This document shows, in pieces, positions 25,666-38,576 of a stretch of DNA of 64,000 nt. The notes beneath the pieces are model-generated. The model was not told where the DNA came from. It saw only the letters and a program-made list of their open reading frames with translations, and did no database searches. Within the stretch, counting starts at the first letter, position 1, and each line of letters starts with the position of its first letter. The position numbers and the translations under genes were made by a program. Origin of the DNA: Nymphaea colorata (Eukaryota); the NCBI RefSeq assembly GCF_008831285.2, contig NC_045138.2:3906001-3970000 (forward strand), in the 5' to 3' direction.

Positions 25666-28600
25666 AGTATCCTCTTTTCCTTAATTTCTAGTTGCTGATT
25701 TTATAAGAAAGTATAATTCCATTGGTGGGAATCCCAAGTTTAACTTTCTTGCCACTTAATTTGGACCATAGTTGGCAAGATCCATGATTGCTGCTAAATA
25801 AATCCTCAACCCCAATCTTCTACGTCACCTGGATTTGTACTTCACTGACAATTAAAGAAAAAAAAAAACATTAGAGGCCAACAGCGCTCATGAAGGGGTA
25901 TAACTTAAAAAAATATGTCAGAGTTATAGGATAAATTACGGTAGTGCTGAGAATATAATATGAGAACGCAAATCAGATTGTTGAGAGTTTGGTCAGTCCT
26001 CACGTCTCTAAATTGTCCAATATGTAGTTTCTAGGTAGAATATTTCTTCTCCTTTCAATAGAATCTGATTAGTAAAATTTAAATTTGATTCCGCTTTTTA
26101 AAGAAGCTAAATTGCATTTCATGTCCGCTTGTGATAATTCTACAAAATTCATGACCATGGCAATTTACTCTACCATCACCTAAAGAGGAAGCCCGAGCAA
26201 TACTACACCATAGTTGGTCGGAATGATGGACCAGTGAAAGTATAAATCTTAGTTCAATTCTCATGGGTTTTATTTTTCTGAATTGCAAACAGTTGGTGTG
26301 TGTGTTTTCACCTGCAGCGTATTTTAACAAATTTCAATGGTTTTTGGTCTCAAACACTTCAATTTCTCCTAATTTGGATCATTTCTCCTCTGATTTGATG
26401 GTCAATTATATTTATGGCTCATTTTGAATTAATTTCATACTTCAAACCCAAGTTCAACCCTAATTTTGATTAATTTTATACTTCAGATCAAAAATCAAGT
26501 GTAGATCCAATCTAAAAACTCATGCAATAACTAAAAAAGATCCCAAAATCTAGATCTAGATCCAAATCTAAAATAGATCCCTAGAACCAAATCTGGGCTC
26601 CATATCCAAAACAAATCCTTACATCCAAATCCATATCAAAATCCCAGTAACATTTCTGAAACAGATCCTTAGATCCATATCTGGATCTCTGGATCCAAAT
26701 CTCAGTTTTCATATCCAAACCAGATACAAAACAGGCTTTCAAATCAAAACACGGATTCAGAACAGAATTTTAGATCTGAATCTGAATCTGAATCCAAATT
26801 TAATTTTGCACCCATCTTATCCAAATTTGAGCTTTGGATCCAATTTAGATTCGATCTAGATCTAAGATCCAAAAACTCGACCCAAATAGTTGTCTGAGTT
26901 CAAACCCTTGGTCCCAAATTTAGATCCCATTCCATGTTTCCATCTCAGCCCAGATCTAAATCTAACATTCATATCCAAATCTGAATTTTATATCCAACTT
27001 TTAGATCCAAATCTAAACGTATTAGTCTAGATCCATTCTAAGCTTTTGATCTAGATCCAGATCCAGATCCAGCTCTTAGCTGTAGTTAGTTTCCAGACCT
27101 AGAACCACATTTTGTGGCATATAGATTGAGGTGAGGCCCATGTAATCTTTGGGGCTGCTTGACAACCTTAAATTTTTGTTTAGGAATTAAAATTCTATAA
27201 ACAAAATCTCACTTCAAACAGTAATTGGAGTGAAAATTCCAGCCCCAATTTCTTTTGTGTTTGATAGTATAATTTTGGTTTTACAATTGAAAATAACGTG
27301 CTTGAGAAAATAGGAATCAAAATTTCTAGAATAAAAGAATGAAAGCCTTCATGTGTCCTAAAAAGAGACGAAAAAATTCTAAAATTATAATTCCACCGTA
27401 AGGTGAAATCATAATTCTGATTTTTTATTTATTTTAGAATGAGTCTATTATTTCAAAATCAAAATTGTTTGTTTGATAATGCAATTCTCATTTCATTAAA
27501 AAACAAATATTTTAATTATAAGTCTACAAGTCCAGCCCCGTCAAACACCTTCGATAATAAGGCGCCCAAACTAGGTATGGGTTTGCAGGGACCTAAACTA
27601 AGCTCCGTAAATGCCACCGGCAGGTCAAGGTAGGCGTTGACTCGTCCCGACTCTACTTACCTTCCATAGGCAGCCCATCCGTGGGACTGTTTGGTGTGCA
27701 ACAAAGGGAACGGCATCGGTTTGGTGGGACTCGAAATCGAGAATGTTCTAACTAAAATAAAGTAATCGGAATTTAATAATAAAAACGATTACTAACCATG
27801 AAGCCAGTATTGGCTTTTTGTGATATTAAATGCAAGTTGTCAGATATTCTTTTCAAAGCTATTTAAAAAAAAAAAAGCAACAATAAAATAACAACAATGT
27901 GATGAACCTTGACATTTTCATGTTAATCCATGCATGCCCTTGTGGATTAGAGTAAGGTATGGTAAGTATATTAAAACAACAATAAAACAATAACAATCTG
28001 ATGAATCTTCCCCTTGTGGAATAAAGTATGGTTTATATATGATGTTTAACTCTTGTATAATCTAAGATCCCTCAAAGAACAAGCCCGACTTCAATAGAAA
28101 AGAAATATTGAAAATGGTAATAGATATAGCCCGATTGTTAAGTACTCCAAGTTAAATCTGCTACTCTTTTCTGGACCAGATAAGAACATACCTTTCTGCT
28201 GCACGGTTCGCTTCCACGAGTTACGGAGCCGACAAAGAAAAAAGAGGAGGATGAGAGAGAGAGAAAGTCTCCCAACTAAATGTCAGAGTCAATGTTTCGT
28301 GTTCTTAGAGTGGTAGGATTCTTCAGTGACATTCCTGTTCTTCAGCTCTGTGCATCTACCTTTTCTAAATAATTCTCAAACCCGAGGTAAACTCCTCCAA
28401 ATCTAAAACTACCTTCCACCCAACACAAGTCCAATCAGAGTCAGATCTTGCTTCCCATATGCAACCAACCACTAGAACCTAGGGAGCACCACCTAAGAGT
28501 CATACTGAAAGGAAGGATAAAGGATATTGGGAAGGGAACCCACCTAATCCAGCCGCAGGAAAAGAAAAAAACAGGAGCTTCCGCCACCTAAATCAAAATT

Positions 28601-28685
28601 AAATGTCAGCCAACATTTGACAGAAAACAACCTGAATCTTCTTGTTTATGGCTAACCAGGAAGCAGGGCCTTGTTATATACACTG
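25020..28685 (+). repeat. Second copy of the laccase upstream region (segmental duplication) ending in an orphan promoter
   Basis: Collinear matches: 25020-25880 to 3962-5130, 26130-27110 to 7900-8790, 27610-27880 to 13772-14060, 28458-28685 to 14290-14488. Confidence 0.85.
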
Positions 28686-29981
28686 TGTGGGCACTAGACA
28701 ACTCCATGTTGGGCTCACCCTTCCCACAAACAACCTTTACAGCCCTTGTACATCCCTCTTGATATAATGCTCCTCCCTATCTTCACCCACTCCCCACGCT
28801 CGTTGCCAATTTCTTGTCTCCTTTCACTGGCCATTCTGTAAACTATTTTCACTAGTTCACATGGGCTCTATTGAGCAAATCCTTCTCTAGAGTTCCCATC
28901 ATGTACCCTATAGGAGAACTGTGCTTGAGATAGAGAGAGCACCTCTTGCAACGCACAATTTTGGATCCATACTAGACTTCAAGCTTCAATTATTGATCAT
29001 TTAAAACCTACCTCAAAATCATCGGAACCTTCTACTTGAATCATAAAACAGTTGTTTTCATCCACTTCTCATGCAGGTGTCCTTCTAAACAAGATCCTCT
29101 AGAATGTGTATTTGTTTCATAGTTGTATTGACAGTTGAGGAATCTTGACCTATAAATCAAATTCTTGTTCTACCTTTGTGTTCACCCCTTCTAACCTAGC
29201 CTCTCATGTTCTTTTCTATAGAACCACCTTGAAATCTATGTTAGCTCCACACTTAGATATTTCCATTTTTTAGGACAAAAAACTAGGCCTTATGCACTAT
29301 TGTCTACTGCCATCTCAGGGACTAATTGACTTGTTGATAAAAAATGCTTAATCTCAAAAATCCTCCATATAAATAAGTTATTATTGTATACTGGAAATTC
29401 TTTGCCATGCAATTGTGAGCTTTTGGATGTATCATCACAAGAGGGGTTTGACCCTCCTCCATCATTGCGATTTGGGCTCATGGCCAACCATATAGACAGT
29501 CAAGAGGTAAGCCTGCATATACGCACAGTCACGTTTCTTCAGTCATGCACCCAACTAGAGAACATCATATTGGAGGGGTCATTCAAGCTTGGCCACCTTG
29601 TGCATGACTCAAGAGCAGCCCACTACCATGCTGGGCGGCGCTACATTATCCTGTGCGCAGGTGCCACCTAGGCCAAACCAGCCCCTATAGATCACCAGCA
29701 AGACCCAGACGGCCACGCTGGACAAGCAGGCATGTTTATGCCCTCACCCCTCCTTCTTCCCCCTAGAGGAAGCCACCTGGATAGGGCCTTCCAGTGTAGC
29801 CACCAATTGGGAGCCCATGCACCACCGTTGACCACTCCAAGGTACAGGTCATCAACTGGCCATCTACCGACATCCCACCTATTCATTTGGACCACTTTGC
29901 TCGCTTAGATGTCGTCCAAACCACCTGATGCTCTCGACTTGGCGGCTGACCAACCAGCTAGGCGAATGACTAGTGCGCACC

Positions 29982-32900
29982 TGATACGGTTCAACCTAGG
30001 ACCATGCCGAGGCCGGTCAGGGAAGTGGCCGAGAGTAGCCACCAAGGGCAGGGACAGCCCACCTTGCGCCAAGCACAGACCGACATAGGCCACATTGACC
30101 CACATTCGGGTCAAGAGAGAGGAGAGGGTGGTGCAGCCAAGGCGTTAACACTAACAGTGAGGTTAAAGAAACACTTAGAGTTGAAGCAGAGGGAGGTGCG
30201 AGCGGAGTTGCAACGGTTCTAAGTGAGGGAATTGAAGAAGCTCACGGCGTGGATCCAAGCTCCTCAACCAAAGACCAAGGAGGTGGGTCTAACTCTGGTT
30301 TAGATAGAGTCCACCATAGGTCGTGGTCCAACCCGGTCACTTAGGGCCAACCTAGGGTGAGCCTAGGCAGATTCGGATCCGAACCTAAGCCCAAACTTGT
30401 ACGGGTTAAGGGAGGATTAGTTTAGAAATCGAGACATTAAGTCTCAACTTTTATTTCTCACAAATTTTGATTAAGCATTGCTTTTGTGCATTTGTTTTTT
30501 TGGTTTGGACCGGTCCAAATGTTTAAGAACCGGATTTAGATTCAAAACTATAAGTACTTTGTAATTTCTTTTCGCACTATGCAATTAATGAGATTTTGAT
30601 TCATTTGTGGAATTCCACTCTCTCTCCACACGGCAACTCTCTCCCTTGCGCACTCTCTTTCCCACGGCGCCCCTCTTTTCTTCCTCATTTCTTTGAGGTG
30701 AAAATGGCAGCCATTGCCGGCCTTAACCCATCTTCCCAAAACTGAGGGTCTTTCTTCTCTCTTTGCCTTATTCTCTTCGTCTCTTCTCATCCACTCGACC
30801 ACAGTTTGGCGGCTTGAGGAACCCCAAGTGCTCCGGTGCAAAGCGGTCTCCTTGCCCATGGTTTTTCCCACTTCAACTCACGGCATGCAATGATGCAACC
30901 TCTGTCTCCCACAAACGAAGGTTAGAGGCCAGCTCATCATTGGGAAGGCTACTTCCAACTTGGCCACAAGGAGTGTAGAGTAGACATTTGATCGGAATTC
31001 AAAGGTTAGTGCTTGATCCTTTTTGGCGAAATTATGCAACTTGTTGAAGATGTTTTAGGCAAGGGTTCGGCCTTGTAATTGTGTTCTCTCTCTAGGCGAT
31101 ATCCCTAGAGATTGGACAGCAATCACACAGTCGAAACTAGGTTTAAAGCCCTTCTTACGAGTCACAAAGGAACCGTAGAGGGCTCTTGCTCTTTCTCAAG
31201 AGTTTGAAGCATTTTCCACCGGTGAGATTCTATCAAAAATCCTTAGGTTTAACCATCGGTTTAGACCTGACACCTGGAATCCAGCGAGAAAAGTATTGAA
31301 AAAGTATTGAAAAGGGCATAAAAAAATGGAAAAGAAGTAAAAGAATCATCGCCCAAGAAAAAGAAGGAAAACGGCCAAGTTTTGTGTGATTTGGAGTTGA
31401 AACGTGGAGTTTTAGGCTCGCTGAAATTTTGAAATTCCAGCGACCGGCCGTTGCTCTTTTTTCAGCGACATTTGGCACGCTCCAACCAGAGGATAAAGTC
31501 ACCTTGGGAAGTGCAAAAGCCCTTCCACATTTGGTGTGGGCACATTTGAAAAATTGTGTGGCCAAGGGAAGATCGTCTAGGGTTTCTCCTTCCTAGCCAC
31601 CGGTGCACATTTCGGACATTTGTGCCATTTTTCCTACATTTGAGGTAAGTGGATTTCCACTTTTGGCCTTTCGCAATTCTAATCATTTATCTTAGCCATG
31701 TGGCGGAAATCGGGAGGGGGAGAGATCGAGGGTGATTTAGCTTGTTTCTTCCTTCCACATTTGGTGCACAATTGGCCCCACACTTTTTCTCTCGTGTGGA
31801 CACTTGGCACATTTGGTAGATAGGCATGAGAGCCACATGCTAGAAACCTCGACCTCTAGGAAACCCCCCAACCCGTTCACACCACTTTACCTTTCCTAGC
31901 CGTCGCCACTTTAGAGGAACCATTACCTTTTTAGACGCCTCCCATCCTACATTTGAGGAAGTTAGCCCCCACACGGTCCAGCCACCTTTGACTACATTTG
32001 GTAATCTAGTCTTATCCTCGGCCACCTAGCTTTTCTCTTCCTACATTAGAGGAAGCCTAGCCCCACTCTCCCTTAACCCTAGCCATCATTTCTATATCCA
32101 TTCTCCTTCCCATTTCCATTTCCATTTTTGCTCGAGTATCCTAAAACCTACCCTTCCTAAAAAGTAGGAGTTAACTTTTAGCCCAAACCCCTCGCTTGTT
32201 TGAACCCAAACTCGGGCCACTAAACCTAGCTTACCTAACCTACATTGGGTCAAAGTATCACCCTCATCCGAGCTTAGTCTTAGGTCGACCGTCCTACACC
32301 GAGCCTACCCTAGACAACCAGAGCCCTTGTTGGTCCACCTCCTAGGCGGCCACAGCCCTAGCACCCAAGGCAGCCTATGGCCATTACCGCAGCCTTGGTC
32401 TTCCTTGTCGCCAGTGGATCCCAGCCGGCATCATTTCCATAGCTGCCACCCTTGCGCCTGCATTTCCAGCCTAGCGCGCGGCCAGGCAGGCCGTGCCCGT
32501 CGCCCTTGCTTGTCACCCAGCTCGACCAAGAGGGCCGAGCCTTCTGCACTCACAGCGACCCGGTGGGTCACCTCTACCTGTTTCGCTCGGCGTTGCGTCC
32601 TGCATCGTTGCCTGCTGCGGCGATCTTCTGCCGCAATCTGCTGTCGGTCTGCTGTGGCCAGCGCCTAGCACCTGCGGCCAGTGACCAGCACCTGCCTGCG
32701 TATTGTAGCCGGCCACTAGCGCCTGCCAACAGGTCATCCGAGCTGCTGCCATCAACATCTATAGCCGCAACTTGGAATCGGGATTTCCCTGCCTTGAAGC
32801 TATAATACCCGAGGGTTGGTTATTACCTCGTCGTCTGTTTGCTGCTCTTGCCAAGCTTGTCTTGGTCGGTAACCTCTCTAAACCTTCTATAGATTCGTGA

Positions 32901-33266
32901 GAGGTTGTATTTGCTTTTGCACTTTTCTTTTAGCCCGGCTTCGGCCCTTGTTGCACATAGAGGTACCTCAAAGGCTCTAAGCCGAAGACACGACCTTGTG
33001 GCAACTAGCCTCTTACGAGTGGGAGTGGTTTGCTTGGATTAGGATTGGTTTGCATGGTTTATTGAGTGAGTTGTGAGAGATTTAAAAATTGTATTGCTCG
33101 CACTTGTATTGGCCTCACAACTTGTAGTTATTTGTAGTAGGATTTGCTTGGTATTTGGGATTTAACCTCACTTGTATTCCTTAGGCCTATTGGATTTTAA
33201 GTCAGGGTTCTTGTAGGCACGTCAGTAGGCCTAGGATTTTGGTCGACACCGGGTTAGACCCTACCA
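29982..33266 (+). repeat. 5' LTR (3285 bp)
   Basis: TGATACGG...GACCCTACCA, direct repeat of 38577-41673. Confidence 0.95.
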
Positions 33267-33850
33267 ATTTGGTATCAAAGCCTCCTTGGGAGCAGTCGGA
33301 AGAATTTGGTATTTGAGCACAGTATTGATATTCTTGAAGAAGTCCTCAGTCTCGGCATCATTTTGGAGCAGTTTTTGGTACAGTTCAGATTTCAGATTTT
33401 CTATTTGAGCTGCTATTAGAGTTCGGTTTTCTTGAAGAGGGCAGAGAATTGGGTTTCCTTCGATCCGATTTTTGGACGTTTGAGTAGTAGCTCACGGCCA
33501 GCTTGCCAACACTCTTGGCTAAGCACGGGTTGCACACCTTGTGTAACCGAGGGCAGCTAAGCTCGAGGTGCGTCGCCGAGGCGTCAGGTGGACGCGGCAA
33601 TTTAGGCTCTCACTTGAGCCCGGCCGAAAGTAAGGTGGGGTAGCTGAGGGGCCAGGTGGGCGCACCTACAAACAGGCCAACCTTTCTCCCTTGCCTTTCT
33701 ACACTCACGTGTCAATGCAGCGATCGGCAACCGACAGAGTTAGGATAGTTTTCAGATTTCTTCAAATTGTTGAATTTCAGTTTTAGGTCAGCTTCGTGTT
33801 AGATTCTTTTCAAGTTTTCAGATTTGCTTTGACCATTACCATCCTTAACC

Positions 33851-36800
33851 ATGGTTAAGAAGGCCAAACACACAGTGATTGATTCACCCGAAGTTGAGGA
33901 AGACACCTCAGCCCAAGAAGAGCAACCTTTAGCCGAATAGGAGATACATGCCATTGAAAGAATGGTTCACATCAAGAATGAAGTTCTTCGGATCCGACAT
34001 AAGATGAGTGATTATAAAAAGCAACTATCGAAGCTCAATGAACTCGAGAAAATAAAGAGATGATTAGAGTTATGTCGTCCAACCAAGAGACTAGTAGAAG
34101 GTCTAATCAAGGACCTCCACCCCCAAACAATGACAAAGGAAAAGGAGTATTGGGCGGACCACCTAGTCCTGACCCATCCTTTGCAATCTTTTGTTGGCCC
34201 AAGTAGGCCACCACCTAGAGGTCATGGCCAAAACGGAGGACAACACTACTCCTCACTCAAGCAGGAAAACTGACATCCGTTTGGGCCCCAGAATGGGCAA
34301 CACCGGACAAGATTTGGCAGGTCAACCTTTGATAGCATGAACCAGAACTGCAGATGGGGAGATCTAGTTGGGTGGGAACCATTAAGGGAACATCAAAAAA
34401 GGCCAAGAAACCAGCCTAGAATTCCCTTTGTTATGATTGATTTTCCCATGTTTAATGGAAAATAAGCGCGAGATTAGATCTTCCAAGTGAAAGAATACTT
34501 TACTTGCTAGCAGATTCCGAAGGATGAATGGCTTTAAACCTTCATCCTTTACTTTGATGGAGAAACCAGACGTTGGTATAGGTGGCTGAAACATAATGAG
34601 CCAGTCATGGATTGGGAAGACTTCAAGGAAGCCCTATTGCTCAAATTTGGTGAGTCGACCTACGTCGACTATGATATTGAACTGTGAAACTTAAAACAAA
34701 CCTCTTCATTTCAAGAGTATCAGAGTAAGTTCGAAAATTTGGCTAGTATAGTTGAATGGACACCAAAGTCCCTTATTGCCACCTTCATTGGAGGATTGAA
34801 GGAAGAGATGCAGATAGATATACGGGCCGAAAGGAATACCGAGTTAGTCAAACGCTTTGCCAAGGCCCGTTCAATTGAAGAAAGGCAACAATGCAAAGCA
34901 AGCCCTACAACATCCTTGGAGATCCTCAAGGGCTATACGGCCTAGAGAACCACGGAATCTTCTTCCACCACCTCGAAATGAAGAACCTAGGCCAGCATAT
35001 AAGGACCGTGCACCTCATTTCCTAACTCGTGAAGAAAGAGAGGAAATGATCAGAAACAAGCAGTGTTTCAAGTGCAAAGATAAGTGGGACTCCAACCACA
35101 AGTGTAAGCACATCAAGATATATGTAGTAGTAGATGACAGTAGCGATGAGGAAGAGGAGGACCAGCCTCCTAAGATTGAGGAAATACATGAACCCAAAAC
35201 CAAGAAAGAGTCCGAACCAGAGGCTAACTCAGATAGCGTTTGTCACTTATTGGCCGACCCAAACCAGCCTAATACTATGAGAGTACTTGGGCATATTGGA
35301 AGTAGACGAGTCCTTGTTTTACTTGATTCTGGTGTCACTCACAACTTCGTGGGTGAACATGTGGCTGAAGATCTAGATTGCATCACCGAGGAACATCCTA
35401 TAGTTAGAGTTCTTGTGGCTAATGGGGCATGTCTCACATACAACCGCAAATGCACTAATGTAGAGCTTACCCTACAAAAGGCTCCATTCCAAGTAGATTT
35501 ATTTGTTGTTCATCTTTCCAGTGTTGATGTAGTTTTGGGTGTTCAGTGGCTAGAGACACTTGAGGTTATCTCATGGGATTTTGCCAAAATGATTATGAGC
35601 TTTCCTAAGGAGGGTGGTGAGGGACAAGTCACCCTAAGAGTAGTTAATTCAAGTGTAGAACCTAAGTCAGCCTTACGAGCCATTATAGTACAACAATCGG
35701 CTATGTGGCTTGTTTCAATAGCCAGGGATGTAGCTTCAGAGGAGAAGTAAGAGGAGGTGATACCTACCGAGATACATGTGGTTTTGAATGAGTTTGGGGA
35801 CATCTTCGTCGAACCCAAGGGATTACCACCCAAGAGGTCCTATGATCATCGCATAGTCTTAACCAATTGGGCTGAACCTGACAATGTACGACCTTACAGA
35901 TATGGATATGCTCAAAAGGCAGAGATTGAAGGTTGGTAAAAAAAATGAAAGAGAGCAGCATCATAAGGCCAAGTTCTAGTCCTTTCTTGTCACCAGTCTT
36001 TCTTGTCAAAAAGAAGGACAATACTTGGAGATTTTGCGTGGACTATAGGGCTCTCAATGATGCTATAGTCAAGGACTGGTATCTCATTTCCGTAATCGAC
36101 GAACTTTTGGATGAATTAACAAGAGCCTCCATATTTTCCAAATTAGATTTCAGAGCTGAATATCACCAAATTCACATGGATGAAGGGGATGTGTCAAAAA
36201 TGGCATTCAGGACTCACGATGGTCACTATGAGTTCCTAGTTATGTATTTTGGTCTCACCAATGCCCCCACAACCTTTCAGTGATGCATGAATGATGTGTT
36301 TCGACAATATCATCAAGACTTTGTGTTGGTATTCTTTGATGACATATTGGTTTACAGTCGAAGCCTTGATCAGCATGTGCAACACCTCCACATCGTTTTA
36401 CAAGTTTTGAGAGCAAACACCCTGTATGCCAAAATGTCCAAATGCAGTTTTGGGCAATTCTCCATGGAGTATCTAGGGCATATTGTGTCCAAAGAAGGAG
36501 TCAAAGCAGACCCTTAGAAGCTTCAAGCAATAGATCAGTGGCCATTACCCAAGGATTTGAGAGGTATGAGAGGGTTCCTTGACCTGACAGGCTTCGCCGT
36601 TTCATTCAGGGATACAGATTGATTGCATCTCCCTTGTCACATATGTTAAAAAAGGGAGAATTCACATGGACGGATAAGACTAGAGAAGCCTTTATCAAGG
36701 TGAAAGCAGCTATGATGAGTGCACCTGTACTCACCTTGCTAGACTTCACCAAAGTTTTTGTGGTAGAGATGGACGCCTGTGATATTGGGGTTGGCGCAGT

Positions 36801-38576
36801 ATTAAGTCAAGATAGCCACCCGATTGCCTTCATGTCAAAGCCCTGACTAGCAGGGCAAAGCCGTTGTCTACCTACGAAAAGGATTCGTTGGCCATAGTAC
36901 TGGTAGTTGAAAAGTGGAAGCCCTATTTCATTGGGCACAGATTCATCATCAGAACCAATCATAATAGCTTGCGATACATGGTAAAGCAACGAATCTCGAC
37001 ACCGACTAAACAAAAGTGGCTAGCCAAACTCCTTGGCTACGACTTCACCATAGAATACAAGAAGGGTACAGAGAACTCTACAGCAGATTCACTATCTCGC
37101 ATGCTTGAACAATTAATGACTCTATAGGTTTTAGAAACATATCTGTGGGAGCGTCTAATCCTTGAACAAGACGAGGATTTGAACCTGAGGTTGTTGAAAC
37201 AATCCCTTAGACAAAAACCTTGACTCAATTCCACATTACAAGATGAGGGGTAACATTCTTTACAGAAAGAAAAAGGCAATTGTGCCAAAGAGTTCCTCCC
37301 TTAAGCAAGATCTGTTAAAGCACTTCCATGATTCAAGTGTTGCTGGACACGAGGCCGTAGTCAAGACCCTAGGGCGCATCAAGGCCCAATTCTGGTGGGA
37401 AGGTCTCAAGACCGATGTAAGAGACTATGTAAAAGCATGCCCAACATGCCAACGTGAGAAATGTGAGGCAACCAAGCCTCCAGGGCATATGAATCCATTG
37501 CCAATTCCAGACAAGCCTTGGGAGGACGTCCCAATGGATTTCATTGATGTCATGCACGAGCAGAAGGAAAGGAACCCGTTCTCGTTGGGGTAGTGCGTTT
37601 AACCAAAATATAGCCATTTCGTGGCCCTTCCTAAGAACTATCATGGGCCGATGGTTGCAAATGTTTACCAAGATTTTGTGAAGAAATTACATGGAATGCC
37701 CCATACTATTGTGTGCGATCGTGATTCCATCTTCCTCGGCGCATTTTGGAGGGAGTATAAGAGGATGACGAGAACAATCATCAATTTTAGTACGGCTCAC
37801 CATCCGCAGACGAACGGGCAGAACGAGGTGGTGAACAGAACATTAGAAACATATCTAAGGTGTTACGCTGGTAAGAGACCCAATACTTCGGTCAAGTATT
37901 TATCATGGGCTGAGTGGTCGTATAACACTAGCCTACATTCAGGGATGGGTATGACACCTTATGAAGCTTTATATGGATATTCGCCAGCTTCGATTCCATG
38001 CTATGAAGTTGATTCGGCTAGAGAGGATGAGGTTGACTTTGCCTTGTGCAATCATGATAAAATCCTAGCCACCTTGAAGCGTAATATTGAGAGGGCACTG
38101 GCTCGAATGAAGAAAGCCCATGACAAGGGGCGAAAAGACAGGGAGTTCGAAGTTGGCAACATGGTTTGGCTAAACAGACTGCCTATGAGGCAGAAATCGT
38201 TACTTGGACAGCCATACTCCAAGCTTTTGCCCATGTAATATAGACCATTTCGAGTCTTGCAGAAGGTTGGAAAGGCTGCTTATCGTATAGCTTGACCTCC
38301 AACGGCACTTGTGCACCCAGTCTTCCATGTCTCTAGGCTTAAGTCACATCATGGGCCGGTACCCGAGCAGGAAGAGCCTCTTCCAAATGTGAGGCCAAGG
38401 CCATACCACATCCTGAAGCATCCTTGGGTTACCCATGAAGGTCGGGCACGTCAAGAAGTACTAATTGAATGGGAGAGCATCGATGGTGGAACATCTTGGG
38501 AATTATTTGATCAGATCAAACACCAATTTCTAAATACTAGAGCTTGGGGACAAGTTCATTCTAAGGAGGGTGGATC
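33851..38576 (+). pseudogene. Disrupted gag-pol polyprotein of the chromovirus
   Basis: Zn-knuckle-like CFKCKDKWDSNHKC, protease [24 protein letters not shown] and FFDDIL, RNase H VVEMDACDIGVGAVL, integrase H..H..CPTC and HHPQTNGQNEVVN, GPY/F-region HPVFHVSRLK, chromodomain QEVLIEW..TSWE. Many stops and frameshifts. Confidence 0.9.

Noticed and set aside
30004..32805. ORFs of 60-117 aa repeated in both LTRs
   Set aside because: They recur only because the LTRs are duplicates; reading frames are not consistently kept and no domain is recognisable
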